Shown here: positions 1 to 8,802 of the stretch, piece by piece
How positions within the stretch are numbered: position 1 is the stretch's first letter
Layout: each line of letters starts with the position of its first letter
Source of the DNA: Patescibacteria group bacterium
GTDB taxonomy: Bacteria; Patescibacteriota; Patescibacteriia; PEXW01
DNA: 64,000 bases
Assembly (NCBI GenBank): GCA_041671325.1
Contig: JBAZBR010000003.1
Coordinates: 4,506-68,505, forward strand
Reading direction: 5' to 3'
Program-made: the position numbers and the translations under genes
Notes under the pieces: generated by a model
Databases searched by the model: none
Told to the model about the DNA's origin: nothing
The model's input: only the letters and a program-made list of their open reading frames with translations

Positions 1-170
1 TTTAAAGTATGCCAATAATTAGGACCGACAAAACACGATGTCATAATGGTTAAGGCGGTATATCTTGACCCGAATTTATCTCGGGATTTTGAGGTATTGA
101 TACGAATTGTTTCCCAGGTTTAACTTTCTAGTATGCTCACGATTTATTTAATTTAAGGGCAGTATAATTT

Positions 171-199
171 TTGACATTTTACGGGGCCTGAATTAAGCT
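171..199 (+). promoter_or_regulatory. candidate sigma70-like promoter upstream of STAS gene (TTGACA-17-TAAGCT; alternative -10 TATAAT at 163-168)
   Basis: TTGACA at 171-176; perfect TATAAT at 163-168; precedes RBS AAGGAGG and ATG at 251. Confidence 0.3.
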
Positions 200-250
200 T
201 AGCTAAATTTAAATTGAACTTTGTCAACAATATAACGAAGGAGGCTGGAC

Positions 251-634
251 ATGGGTCGCGACTCTAAGTTGAAAGATTCGGTTATTTCCGAAAATCGAGA
301 CGGGATTGTTATTGTTGGGTTGATTGGTCAGTTTAACGGGGTGACTTTAGGCCCGGACTTGGCGAGGGTAATTGACCAAGCTTTAAACCAAGGCTCTAGA
401 AAGTTTTTGATCGACCTGGCTCAAACTACTTATATCAATAGTACTGGCCTAGGCCGGCTAATTTCCGAATTTGGCAAAGTTAAAGTGAATGGCGGCCAGA
501 CTGTCTGGTGTTGCGCTCAAAAAGACACGTATAAGCTGCTCGAAATAACCAGGTTACTTAATGTCCTGTCGTATTTTGATACGGAAGAGCAAGCCGTCCA
601 AGCCTTGCAGGACTCCCAAGTCGCCGCCAAATGA
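251..634 (+). CDS. STAS-domain anti-sigma factor antagonist (SpoIIAA-like)
   Basis: 127 aa; STAS-like core IDLAQTTYINSTGLGRLI; RBS AAGGAGG 7 nt upstream of ATG. Confidence 0.65.
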   Translation: MGRDSKLKDSVISENRDGIVIVGLIGQFNGVTLGPDLARVIDQALNQGSRKFLIDLAQTTYINSTGLGRLISEFGKVKVNGGQTVWCCAQKDTYKLLEITRLLNVLSYFDTEEQAVQALQDSQVAAK

Positions 635-688
635 CCAAGCGATTTTTTGAAAAAACCGTCACGTGATATACGCGGCGGTTTTTGCTAT

Positions 689-916
689 TTAACCTGGGTT
701 TATATAGGGATAGGTATCCGTAAAGCTGAAACCGCATCTTGGGCAAATGTTTTGGAATTTCAGTTGTCCGGCTATTGCCGAAGTGCAGGTGCTTTGCATT
801 TTGCTCCCGCACTGGGGGCAAGTCTTTAGCTTGGCTTGAGCCTTGTTTGCATAAATGATTATCCCAATTGAGCAAAGAACCAGTAAAGCCAGGAAAATCC
901 CTATACCTAGGGTCAT
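689..916 (-). CDS. small membrane protein with C-terminal zinc ribbon
   Basis: 75 aa; N-terminal hydrophobic helix; paired CPQCG ... CPRCG motifs argue against a random ORF. Confidence 0.4.
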   Translation of the reverse strand: MTLGIGIFLALLVLCSIGIIIYANKAQAKLKTCPQCGSKMQSTCTSAIAGQLKFQNICPRCGFSFTDTYPYINPG

Positions 917-1047
917 AAAGAACCTTTCTGCTCTAGAGGTGGATTATCAATGGCTTTAACCTAAATCTTGGACTATCAACTGTCAAGAAAATTAATAAAA
1001 AACAGAGCCAATACCTGGCCCCATTTTTTGTTAATCAATATTAATAC

Positions 1048-1614
1048 TTATTCGCTGGCAGCAAGATATTCTGAATATTTTCGCGCTCCCATTTTTCTTA
1101 TTTGCGCCAAGTCATTTTTAAATCCCATTAGAGAGTCTCTTAATTTTTGGCATTCTAAAATTTTATCAGCCGCTTGCAATGCCATATCAGTATTATCAGC
1201 CTTTTTAAATCCTTGATATGCAAATTTGATAGCAGTTTCATTAGTAGCAAGAGCTGACTCTAAAAGTCCGATATGTTCATGTAATCTTTTAGAATCAAAT
1301 CCAGCAGATCCTATCAATTCCTTGGTTTCTTTAAATGAAGTCGACAGTTTTTCGATGCTCCGACTATAGTCTTTAAAAATGTCAGGCGCATAATATTCCC
1401 CGCTATTTAATTTTCTATCTAAATCTTTCACCAACTCAGGATCATTAAACTCTTTAGCATAAGCGCGTATTCTATTGATTGCTTCAACCCCACGAGCTTC
1501 TTGGCCATTAACAACTCCTGCTGCTATTTTTGCTTCTTCTAATTCCTCCGGAGTCTCCGGATTTGGATTTTCAAGTTTTGGGTCGTAAGCCGGATGTCCT
1601 GATTCTATGCCCAT
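1048..1614 (-). CDS. hypothetical protein (helical, acidic)
   Basis: 188 aa ORF; no recognisable motif. Confidence 0.45.
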   Translation of the reverse strand: MGIESGHPAYDPKLENPNPETPEELEEAKIAAGVVNGQEARGVEAINRIRAYAKEFNDPELVKDLDRKLNSGEYYAPDIFKDYSRSIEKLSTSFKETKELIGSAGFDSKRLHEHIGLLESALATNETAIKFAYQGFKKADNTDMALQAADKILECQKLRDSLMGFKNDLAQIRKMGARKYSEYLAASE

Positions 1615-1817
1615 ATATTTAAAGGTTAATTTAATAAAATAATACTTAATTAAAGTATAATCGAATAAGTAAGATTAGCAAAATATTGGCCGTTTGTCAA
1701 GCATCCTTATAAAAAACACTTGATTATTCGCGGTTTTTTCCATAAAATATAACCACTGACCGAAATAAAGGAGGAATTTTAAAAATGCCGTGCGAATCAG
1801 GCGGATAAACCCATTAC

Positions 1818-4487
1818 ATGTATTTAGAAAAACTCGAAATCCAAGGTTTCAAATCCTTTGCCCATAAAACCACGTTGGAATTCCAGCGTGGCATTGCCGT
1901 GATTGTCGGGCCGAATGGCTCGGGCAAGTCTAATGTGGCCGATGCTGTCCGTTGGGTTTTGGGCGAACAAAGCTTGAAAATGATCCGCGGCAAGAAGAGC
2001 GAGGACGTGATTTTTGCCGGCAGCGACAAAAAGACCAGGCTTGGTATGGCTGAGGTGACTTTGACTTTGGATAACGCCGACCGCAAGGCGCCGATTGATT
2101 ATGACAAGGTCGTCATTGCCCGGCGCATATATAAGGACGGCACTTCCGAATACATCATGAATGGCTCGGCCACCCGTTTATCCGATATCCAGCTGCTTTT
2201 AGCCCGTTCCAACATTGGCCAAAGGACTTATTCGGTCATTGGCCAAGGCGCGGTGGACGCGGTGTTATTAGCCAGCCCGACCGAAAGGAAAGAATTTTTT
2301 GACGAAGCCGCTGGCGTTCGGCCTTTCCAAATGAAGCGCGAACAAGCCGAACACAAATTAGCTGCCACGCGGGAGAATTTAGGCCAAGCCCAGCTTTTGA
2401 TTGATGAAATTGCCCCGCGCTTGCGTTCGCTCACTCGCCAAGTTAAAAGATTGAGTGAACGGGAGGAAATCCAAAAGGGCTTGCGGGACTTGCAAGTCCA
2501 AGCATATGCCACCAAGCTGGTGGGTTTGCGGCAGGAACTGCATCTGGTTCGGGAAAAAGCTGGCGAGGCTGAAACAGAACAAGAAAGCGCTTTGGAATTT
2601 GTCAGTACCATCCAAGCCAAGCTTGACCAGGAAGAGCGCGGCTCCACCCGCCATGAAAGTTTCAACCAGTTGCAAAATGACTACCAGCAATTAGTTGAGA
2701 AAAGGAACCGTTTGCTTACCGAGCGGGCGGCTTTGGCCGGCAAAGTGGCGGCCAGTTTAGCCAAGGCTGGCCAATCCAATTTAGTCTGGCTGAACGCGCA
2801 AAAATCCGAATATGAATCCAAATTGCAAGCTGCTGAAGATGCGTACCGGCATTTGAAGGAAAAATTCGCCAAATTGAATGAGCAGGCAAAATCGGCCAAG
2901 ACCGAAGCTGAAGCTTTTGATAAGGAAATAAAAAATATTGAGAACCAATTATTAAAAGCTGAAGAATCCTTGAAAACCAAGACCACCCTGACTTTGCCGG
3001 ATTTAGCCAAAGATGTGGTGGAAGTGGTAACCCGCCACCAAAAATTTTTGCAAGCCATCAAGGCCGCAGTGACGCCGGAAGAATTTTCAGCTTTAAAAAA
3101 AGAAGCCCATCGCCTGGAAATTGAGGCGGATAAGTTTGTGCAAAAAATTAACGCCCAAGCGCCGAGTATTGATCCCACGGAATTAATCGCCCTGCAGCGG
3201 AGTTTGCACGAAAGCATGAAAGCCAAGGAAATCAAGACCAGGGCGGAAAATATCTTGTCAGCTGAAGTGAAAATTTTAAACGAGAAGCTATTCAATGAGG
3301 AGAAGGAAATCAGCCGCTTGAAAGAGGAATTGGGCAGAATCAGTAAAGATCTAAAACTTTCAGATTTAAAACCTAAGAATCCGGCTGAGGCTGAAGCGTT
3401 GGTAAACCAAGCCCAAGATGAAATGGATAAGCAGTTGGCAGAGCTGGAAGCAAAAATCCAAGAAGCCAAAACTGGCGTGGAAGAGTTTAATAAAAGTGAA
3501 CAAGGAAAAAGGGACAAATTATTCGCTTTGCAAAGGGAGGCTCGGGAAGCCCAAGATCAAGTTCGGGAAGCCGAAAGCCGTTTAGGGGACTTGCGGGTAG
3601 ATTTGGCGCGTTTGGAAACCAGGGAAGAAGATATTTTGCGCGAACTTCGGGCGGAATTGCCGGCAGAATACGTTGAAAAAGTGGAAAGCGCCAAAAAGAT
3701 TCCCGAACATACCAACTTGTCGAAGCTGGAAGAAGAAGTCGCCAAAACCAAGCATGCCTTGGAATTGATCGGCGGGATTGATGAGAACGCGGTTAAAGAA
3801 TACGAAGAAACCAAAACCCGTTATGATTTCTTGACCACCCAAGTGGCGGATTTGAATAAGGCCGCGGAAGATTTGGAAGTGGGCATCCAGAAATTGGAAA
3901 AAATAATCAAGGAAAAATTTGAAACATCTTTTTCCAAAGTTTCTTTGGAATTTTCCAAATATTTCAAGATTCTCTTTAATGGCGGCCATGCCAGCCTGGA
4001 ATTAGTCAAAGAAATAATTTTGCCGCCTGAAGCACAGGCAGATTTGGATGAGGATGAAGAAGATGGTGACGAGGCTGAAGAAATGGAATTGGAACCCAAG
4101 AAAATCAAAGGTGAAAAGGTGGTTACGGGCGTGGATATTTTTGCCACACCGCCAGGCAAGAAACTTAGAGGTATTGGCATGCTTTCCGGCGGTGAAAGAG
4201 CCTTGACTTCCATTGCCTTGATCTGTGCCATCTTAGCTTCTAACCCTTCACCCTTCGTGGTTTTGGATGAAGTTGACGCGGCCCTGGATGAATCCAATTC
4301 CATCCGCTTTGCCCAAATTTTGGAAAAACTTGCCCACCGCACCCAATTCATTACCATTTCCCACAACCGCGCCACCATGCAGCGCGCCATCCTTTTATAC
4401 GGCGTGACCATGGGTGATGACGGAGTCTCAAAGCTTTTGTCAGTCAAAATGGAGGACGTGGATAAAGTGGTTAATTCCAAGCATTAA
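1818..4487 (+). CDS. smc: SMC-like chromosome segregation ATPase (short, hinge not evident)
   Basis: N-terminal LEIQGFKSF plus Walker A GPNGSGKSN; C-terminal signature LSGGERALTSIAL and Walker B VVLDEVDAALDE; ~600 aa of K/E-rich coiled coil; only 889 aa. Confidence 0.8.
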   Translation: MYLEKLEIQGFKSFAHKTTLEFQRGIAVIVGPNGSGKSNVADAVRWVLGEQSLKMIRGKKSEDVIFAGSDKKTRLGMAEVTLTLDNADRKAPIDYDKVVIARRIYKDGTSEYIMNGSATRLSDIQLLLARSNIGQRTYSVIGQGAVDAVLLASPTERKEFFDEAAGVRPFQMKREQAEHKLAATRENLGQAQLLIDEIAPRLRSLTRQVKRLSEREEIQKGLRDLQVQAYATKLVGLRQELHLVREKAGEAETEQESALEFVSTIQAKLDQEERGSTRHESFNQLQNDYQQLVEKRNRLLTERAALAGKVAASLAKAGQSNLVWLNAQKSEYESKLQAAEDAYRHLKEKFAKLNEQAKSAKTEAEAFDKEIKNIENQLLKAEESLKTKTTLTLPDLAKDVVEVVTRHQKFLQAIKAAVTPEEFSALKKEAHRLEIEADKFVQKINAQAPSIDPTELIALQRSLHESMKAKEIKTRAENILSAEVKILNEKLFNEEKEISRLKEELGRISKDLKLSDLKPKNPAEAEALVNQAQDEMDKQLAELEAKIQEAKTGVEEFNKSEQGKRDKLFALQREAREAQDQVREAESRLGDLRVDLARLETREEDILRELRAELPAEYVEKVESAKKIPEHTNLSKLEEEVAKTKHALELIGGIDENAVKEYEETKTRYDFLTTQVADLNKAAEDLEVGIQKLEKIIKEKFETSFSKVSLEFSKYFKILFNGGHASLELVKEIILPPEAQADLDEDEEDGDEAEEMELEPKKIKGEKVVTGVDIFATPPGKKLRGIGMLSGGERALTSIALICAILASNPSPFVVLDEVDAALDESNSIRFAQILEKLAHRTQFITISHNRATMQRAILLYGVTMGDDGVSKLLSVKMEDVDKVVNSKH

Positions 4488-4491
4488 GGCT

Positions 4492-4520
4492 TGACATTTT
4501 TAAGTTTTTAGACTAGGATA
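4492..4520 (+). promoter_or_regulatory. candidate promoter TTGACA-17-TAGGAT
   Basis: TTGACA at 4492-4497, TAGGAT 17 nt downstream; upstream of ORF 4561. Confidence 0.3.
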
Positions 4521-4560
4521 TTGAATTAGATTATTAATTTATCTTTAAATCAACAAATAT

Positions 4561-4848
4561 ATGGAACCAAATCCAGAACGCGAAAATATAATGAAGAATG
4601 AGGCTCTTATGTCCGCTTTAGCGGAATTTCATGAGATGATTCCTCATCTGCCTGAACAGGCGCAAATTGAGCAAACTCAAATTACTGATTTGCTCGACGG
4701 TGGGTCTTCAATTGGACAGGAGTTAGACCATGAACAAGGAAGGGCGTTTGCAGATTGGATAGTTGCCGGTGAACAGAATTTGAAGTCAAAAGAAGAATTT
4801 GTTGCCGCAGCTCTTGAGAAAATCAAAAAGCTTAAAGGCGAAAATTAA
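4561..4848 (+). CDS. hypothetical small acidic protein
   Basis: 95 aa ORF in the intergenic gap between smc and rpsP. Confidence 0.35.
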   Translation: MEPNPERENIMKNEALMSALAEFHEMIPHLPEQAQIEQTQITDLLDGGSSIGQELDHEQGRAFADWIVAGEQNLKSKEEFVAAALEKIKKLKGEN

Positions 4849-4940
4849 ATAAGCTATAAAAAAGGAGATTAATCAAGAAAATAATCTTCTTTTTTGTTGC
4901 TCTTGACCAAAGATTAGAAATAATTTACACTACTTCCACT

Positions 4941-5384
4941 ATGGTCTCAATCAGATTAAAAAGAGTCGGGAAAAAAGGCAGCGCCACTTTCCGTTTTGTG
5001 GTGTCTGATAAAAGGAAGGACACCATTGGCCCGGCTTTGGAAATTTTGGGTTCTTATAACCCGCATGTTAATCCCCCGGCAATCCAGGTTAAAGCTGACC
5101 GGGTTCAATACTGGCTTTCCAAAGGTGCCCAGCCTTCGGCTTCAGTGCATAACCTTTTAGTTACGGCAGGCGCTTTAAAGGCTGAAAAAGTCATTGTGGC
5201 CAAGGCAAAAAAACCAAAGGAAGAAGTAAAACCAGAAGCTAAAGCAGCACCAAAAGCCGAATCTAAACCCGAGGTTAAACCTGAAGCAGCTAAGCCTGAG
5301 GTTAAAGCAGAGGTAAAAGTTGAAGATCCAGCTCCGCAGGAAAAGATTGAAGAGAAAAAAGCAGAAGAGCCAGTAAAAAGCTAA
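4941..5384 (+). CDS. rpsP: 30S ribosomal protein S16 with K/A/E/P-rich C-terminal extension
   Basis: MVSIRLKRVGKKGSATFRFVV ... YNPH ... QYWLSKGAQPS is canonical S16; ~60 aa low-complexity tail (KPEAKAAPKAESKPEVKPE...). Confidence 0.9.
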   Translation: MVSIRLKRVGKKGSATFRFVVSDKRKDTIGPALEILGSYNPHVNPPAIQVKADRVQYWLSKGAQPSASVHNLLVTAGALKAEKVIVAKAKKPKEEVKPEAKAAPKAESKPEVKPEAAKPEVKAEVKVEDPAPQEKIEEKKAEEPVKS

Positions 5385-5408
5385 AAAACTCAATTTATAA
5401 AATCAATG

Positions 5409-5431
5409 ACCCGCTTATTCGGCGGGTTTTT
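5409..5431 (+). terminator. rho-independent terminator after rpsP
   Basis: ACCCGC-TTATTC-GGCGGGT followed by TTTTT. Confidence 0.55.
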
Positions 5432-5591
5432 GACAACCAGGCTTTGGCTTGCTATTTTTCCCATATCGCTAATGTACCTGTCGCTTCTGTAGTCAAAGAG
5501 GCTTTGGTACACGGCAAGCCAAACCGGTCCTACTAAGTCGAAAGGATTGTCGGTAACTGGCCAAAATTTTAACAATTAACGACAAACTGTT

Positions 5592-5948
5592 ATGGCAGAG
5601 AAATATCAAGATTCAGAGTTCGTCGAATATCTTGTCAAATCGATAGTCGACAACCCGAACGATGTAAAGGTCGAACGCACGGTCGATGAGATGGGCGTGC
5701 TGATTACTTTGCACGTGAACCCGTCCGACTTGGGCCAAGTCATTGGCCGACAAGGACAGACCGCCAAGAGCATCCGGACCCTTTTAAGAGTGGTGGGTGC
5801 CAAGAACCACGCTAGAGTGAACATGAAAATCTTCGAACCCGAAGGTTACAGGAAGTTTGATGGCGACAAAGGCGGCCAAAGAGGCGACAGACCAGCGTCT
5901 GCGCCAGCATCAGAAGATGCCAACTTGGCTGACGACTTAAAACTATAA
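5592..5948 (+). CDS. KH-domain RNA-binding protein (UPF0109/YlqC-like) with G/R/D-rich tail
   Basis: KH core VIGRQGQTAKSIRTLL; conserved position after rpsP. Confidence 0.75.
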   Translation: MAEKYQDSEFVEYLVKSIVDNPNDVKVERTVDEMGVLITLHVNPSDLGQVIGRQGQTAKSIRTLLRVVGAKNHARVNMKIFEPEGYRKFDGDKGGQRGDRPASAPASEDANLADDLKL

Positions 5949-5958
5949 TTTTAAAATC

Positions 5959-5989
5959 AAGAAAGGGAACCCTAGGGTTCCCTTTCTTT
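5959..5989 (+). terminator. rho-independent terminator
   Basis: perfect hairpin AAGAAAGGGAACC-CTA-GGGTTCCCTTTCTT followed by T-run. Confidence 0.65.
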
Positions 5990-6072
5990 GTATACCAAAA
6001 AAGCCCTTGCGACGGAGGATTTTTTTATCGTGAAGGAGAGTTCGAAAGGACTCTTTTTGTTTTAGTTGATTA

Positions 6073-6200
6073 TTTGTCATTCCGACCGAAGCGAACGAAA
6101 GTGAGCGTAGTGGAGGAATCTCGTTTGATTCAGACGAGATCCCCCGCCTGCCTTGCTAGTTCGGCGGGCAGGTCGGCAAGGCTCAGGATGACAAAAAATA
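6073..6200 (+). repeat. structured GC-rich repeat, copy A (TIR TTTGTCAT / ATGACAAA; core CCCGCCTGCC ... GGCGGGCAGGTCG)
   Basis: terminal inverted repeats plus internal GC palindromes; shares core with copies at 7148-7310 and 25611-25700. Confidence 0.5.
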
Positions 6201-6386
6201 TTTTCATATTGACAATATTTAACACTTAAATTAAATTAAGCGGAAGTTCTTTGATAACCGTCTACCTACGTTAGACAAGCTTAGTCGGGCAGGACTAGGC
6301 AAAACCGAAAACAACCTAAAACCACTAAAGGGTTTAGGGCTAAAGCCATAGCCGACGGTACTTAACCTAGGCGACTGGAGGATTTT

Positions 6387-6926
6387 ATGGATCTTCTTGA
6401 ACAACTTTTTGAACGTGCGCAAACTTCAGTAGTCGTGCGAATGCACATAACTAAAGAAAACAGTGGTTACTCGGTGCATATCATTATTTTTACTGGGGAG
6501 CGCGATTATTTTATTGCATGTTCGGCTAAATACCAAATGGAAGGACGACGTTGGTTGTCAAAGACTTCTGAGCTACAACGTTTTTCAATCGGTTCATACC
6601 CAGGTTGTGCCGAGTCCCAGAAAAGCCGTGATTTTCTTAGCAAACTGTTTGCAACGCATTTATGCTCGCTACGCGAGAATGTACAGTTCATTGCGACGCA
6701 CGAAGACTCAGGTGCGGATGCCGCTACGAGTCCCCAGATTCTTATATGCCTCACACACCTCGTAGCTTATTTGCAAGGCCAGGTCGGTATTAAGAAATAT
6801 GAGTCGCTCGATGGCCATTCTATTTATTACTGGGAGTCTATGTTGTGCGATCGCCTCATGGGGTTTATCGGCGAACAGATGGAACGTCAACGTCAAAGCG
6901 GCTTAGCTTTCTTGCGAGATCATTAA
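6387..6926 (+). CDS. hypothetical protein carried within the GC-rich insertion
   Basis: 179 aa ORF with GGAGG RBS 8 nt upstream; no family recognised; lies between repeat copies A and B. Confidence 0.4.
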   Translation: MDLLEQLFERAQTSVVVRMHITKENSGYSVHIIIFTGERDYFIACSAKYQMEGRRWLSKTSELQRFSIGSYPGCAESQKSRDFLSKLFATHLCSLRENVQFIATHEDSGADAATSPQILICLTHLVAYLQGQVGIKKYESLDGHSIYYWESMLCDRLMGFIGEQMERQRQSGLAFLRDH

Positions 6927-7147
6927 ATCTCTTCTTTCAATTTCACCGTCTGCTCCTGCCCCCCGCCAGCCCGACACGCTGTCGAGGCGAGCGGAAATTC
7001 GTCTGCGCAAGGCCGCAGATAAAGTAAATGTTAAAAGACAGTCCTGCCCGGCTGTCTTTTTTTATTCCATCAGGCATTTTAGCGAGGTCCAGCCTTCGCA
7101 GCCGCTTCGGCGGAGTAAGTCAGGCGGGCACGGTGGTTCTTCTTTTT

Positions 7148-7310
7148 CTGTCATTGCGAGCCCCGCACAGCGGGGCGTGGCAATCTTACTCGGACGTCAT
7201 TAAGAAAGATTGCTCCCGCCTGCCTTTGCCCTGCCTGCCTGTCGGTAGGCAGACGAAGTATGGCGGGCAGGTCGTCAGTGACCATGGGTACTTCCTCGCA
7301 ATGACACAAT
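7148..7310 (+). repeat. structured GC-rich repeat, copy B (12-bp TIR TGTCATTGCGAG / CTCGCAATGACA)
   Basis: perfect 12-bp terminal inverted repeat; internal GCAATCTT ... AAGATTGC and CCCGCCTGCC ... GGCGGGCAGGTCG palindromes; same orientation as copy A. Confidence 0.55.
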
Positions 7311-7477
7311 GGAACTTTTGTGCTAATTTATTTTCGTACCTACCTTGGTACATTTTCTTTCAACTTTTTCAAGGAGGTATCCTTGAAACGTAAATACGAT
7401 TTTTGCCATTGGCCGGAGGATGGCGGTTAGAGCGAACACCGTCGCCAATCGTCAAACCTTTGCTTTATGGCAAAAAG

Positions 7478-7510
7478 CAGGCCACCCTGAAAAGAGGTGG
7501 CCTTTATTTA
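7478..7510 (+). terminator. hairpin plus T-tract (AGGCCACC-CTGAAAAGA-GGTGGCCT TTATTT)
   Basis: perfect 8-bp stem followed by T-rich run. Confidence 0.45.
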
Positions 7511-7686
7511 CACAATCTGATAGTAGTTTATACTATAAACAAATCGTCCTTTTTAAACCTTTAGCTGAAAGGAGTCATTACAATGCAAGGAAAACATTTT
7601 GAACCCAGTGATGGAGGGTAAGGCAATGCGCAGAGAAAAAAAACTTCGCGGGGCCGGCGATAGTTGCCACCACAAAGGCGGCGGAA

Positions 7687-8010
7687 TTGATGGCTCGTTC
7701 AAGGGCGGCGGCACTGGCGAAAGACGTCGCCATTTTGGCGAAGGAGACGGGGGCTAGCATGCAAGACAAGACTCCTGCGACACAACGGTCGTTTTGGTAT
7801 CAGACCTGGATGGCAGAAGAATTCTTTCTGCCGGCTCTCGCGAGTGGTATCGCTTGGCTCATGTACTCCAATTGTGACGCTTTGTTCCCGTATCACCCAG
7901 CTACCAAATCCTTGATTAAAGCGATAGTTGTCGCGGCAGCAGTCTTGAGCTTTGTGCCTTTCGGGCTAAAATTGTACTTTAGGTTAAAGTCCCGAATTTT
8001 CCGAGGCTAA
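7687..8010 (+). CDS. hypothetical small membrane protein
   Basis: 107 aa; two predicted hydrophobic helices; GC-rich. Confidence 0.35.
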   Translation: MMARSRAAALAKDVAILAKETGASMQDKTPATQRSFWYQTWMAEEFFLPALASGIAWLMYSNCDALFPYHPATKSLIKAIVVAAAVLSFVPFGLKLYFRLKSRIFRG

Positions 8011-8157
8011 ATGAAGCTTCCGCGATGACTTAGCAAAAGAGGATGCTATGCGCGAAAACAACTTTCGTCATCGGGACAATGGCGAAGATGACGGATAAGC
8101 CAAGGGGCGACTTTCTTAAGTCGCCCCTATTTTTTTAATAAATGTTAAACTATATTC

Positions 8158-8802
8158 ATGCAATTCGATATTATTACAATCTTCCCCCAGGCTTTTGGTT
8201 ACTTGGAACAAAGCATAATTGGTCGGGCGGTTAAGCATGGCAAAATTAAAGTTAAAATCCATGATTTGCGTAAATGGACCATTGACAAACATAAGACCGT
8301 AGATGACCGGCCCTATGGCGGGGGTCCAGGCATGGTCATGAAAGTGGAGCCGCTTTTTAAGGCGCTGAAAGCCATAAAGAAAAAAAGAAAAGCCAAGGTT
8401 GTTTTATTTTCGGCCAAAGGTGAAAATTTTACCCAAGTCAGAGCTAAGTCTTGGAAAAATTTGGACCAAATAATTTTAATCCCCGGCCGTTATGAAGGTA
8501 TTGATGAGAGGATTTTAAAATGGGTGGATGAAGAAATTTCCATTGGCGATTATGTTTTAACCGGCGGGGAATTGCCGACCATGGTGGTAATTGATGCGAT
8601 TAGTCGTTTAATCCCGGGCGTGTTGGGCAAAGATGAATCCAGCCAAGATGAGTCGCACCAAACCCCTGGTTGGTTGGAATATCCGCATTACACCCGGCCA
8701 GAGAGTTTTAAAAAAATGAAAGTGCCAAAAGAACTTTTGAGCGGTGATCCTAAGAAAGTTACTGCCTGGCGGGCAAAACATGCAAAAATAAAGAAAATAT
8801 GA
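8158..8802 (+). CDS. trmD: tRNA (guanine37-N1)-methyltransferase
   Basis: MQFDIITIFP ... DRPYGGGPGMVMK ... GDYVLTGGELP are TrmD hallmarks. Confidence 0.9.
   Translation: MQFDIITIFPQAFGYLEQSIIGRAVKHGKIKVKIHDLRKWTIDKHKTVDDRPYGGGPGMVMKVEPLFKALKAIKKKRKAKVVLFSAKGENFTQVRAKSWKNLDQIILIPGRYEGIDERILKWVDEEISIGDYVLTGGELPTMVVIDAISRLIPGVLGKDESSQDESHQTPGWLEYPHYTRPESFKKMKVPKELLSGDPKKVTAWRAKHAKIKKI

Noticed and set aside
2228-4480. Long antisense ORFs (e.g. 2681-3517, 3821-4480, minus strand) inside smc
   Set aside because: Antisense to a confidently identified SMC gene, and their low-complexity S/A-rich translations mirror the coiled-coil codons.
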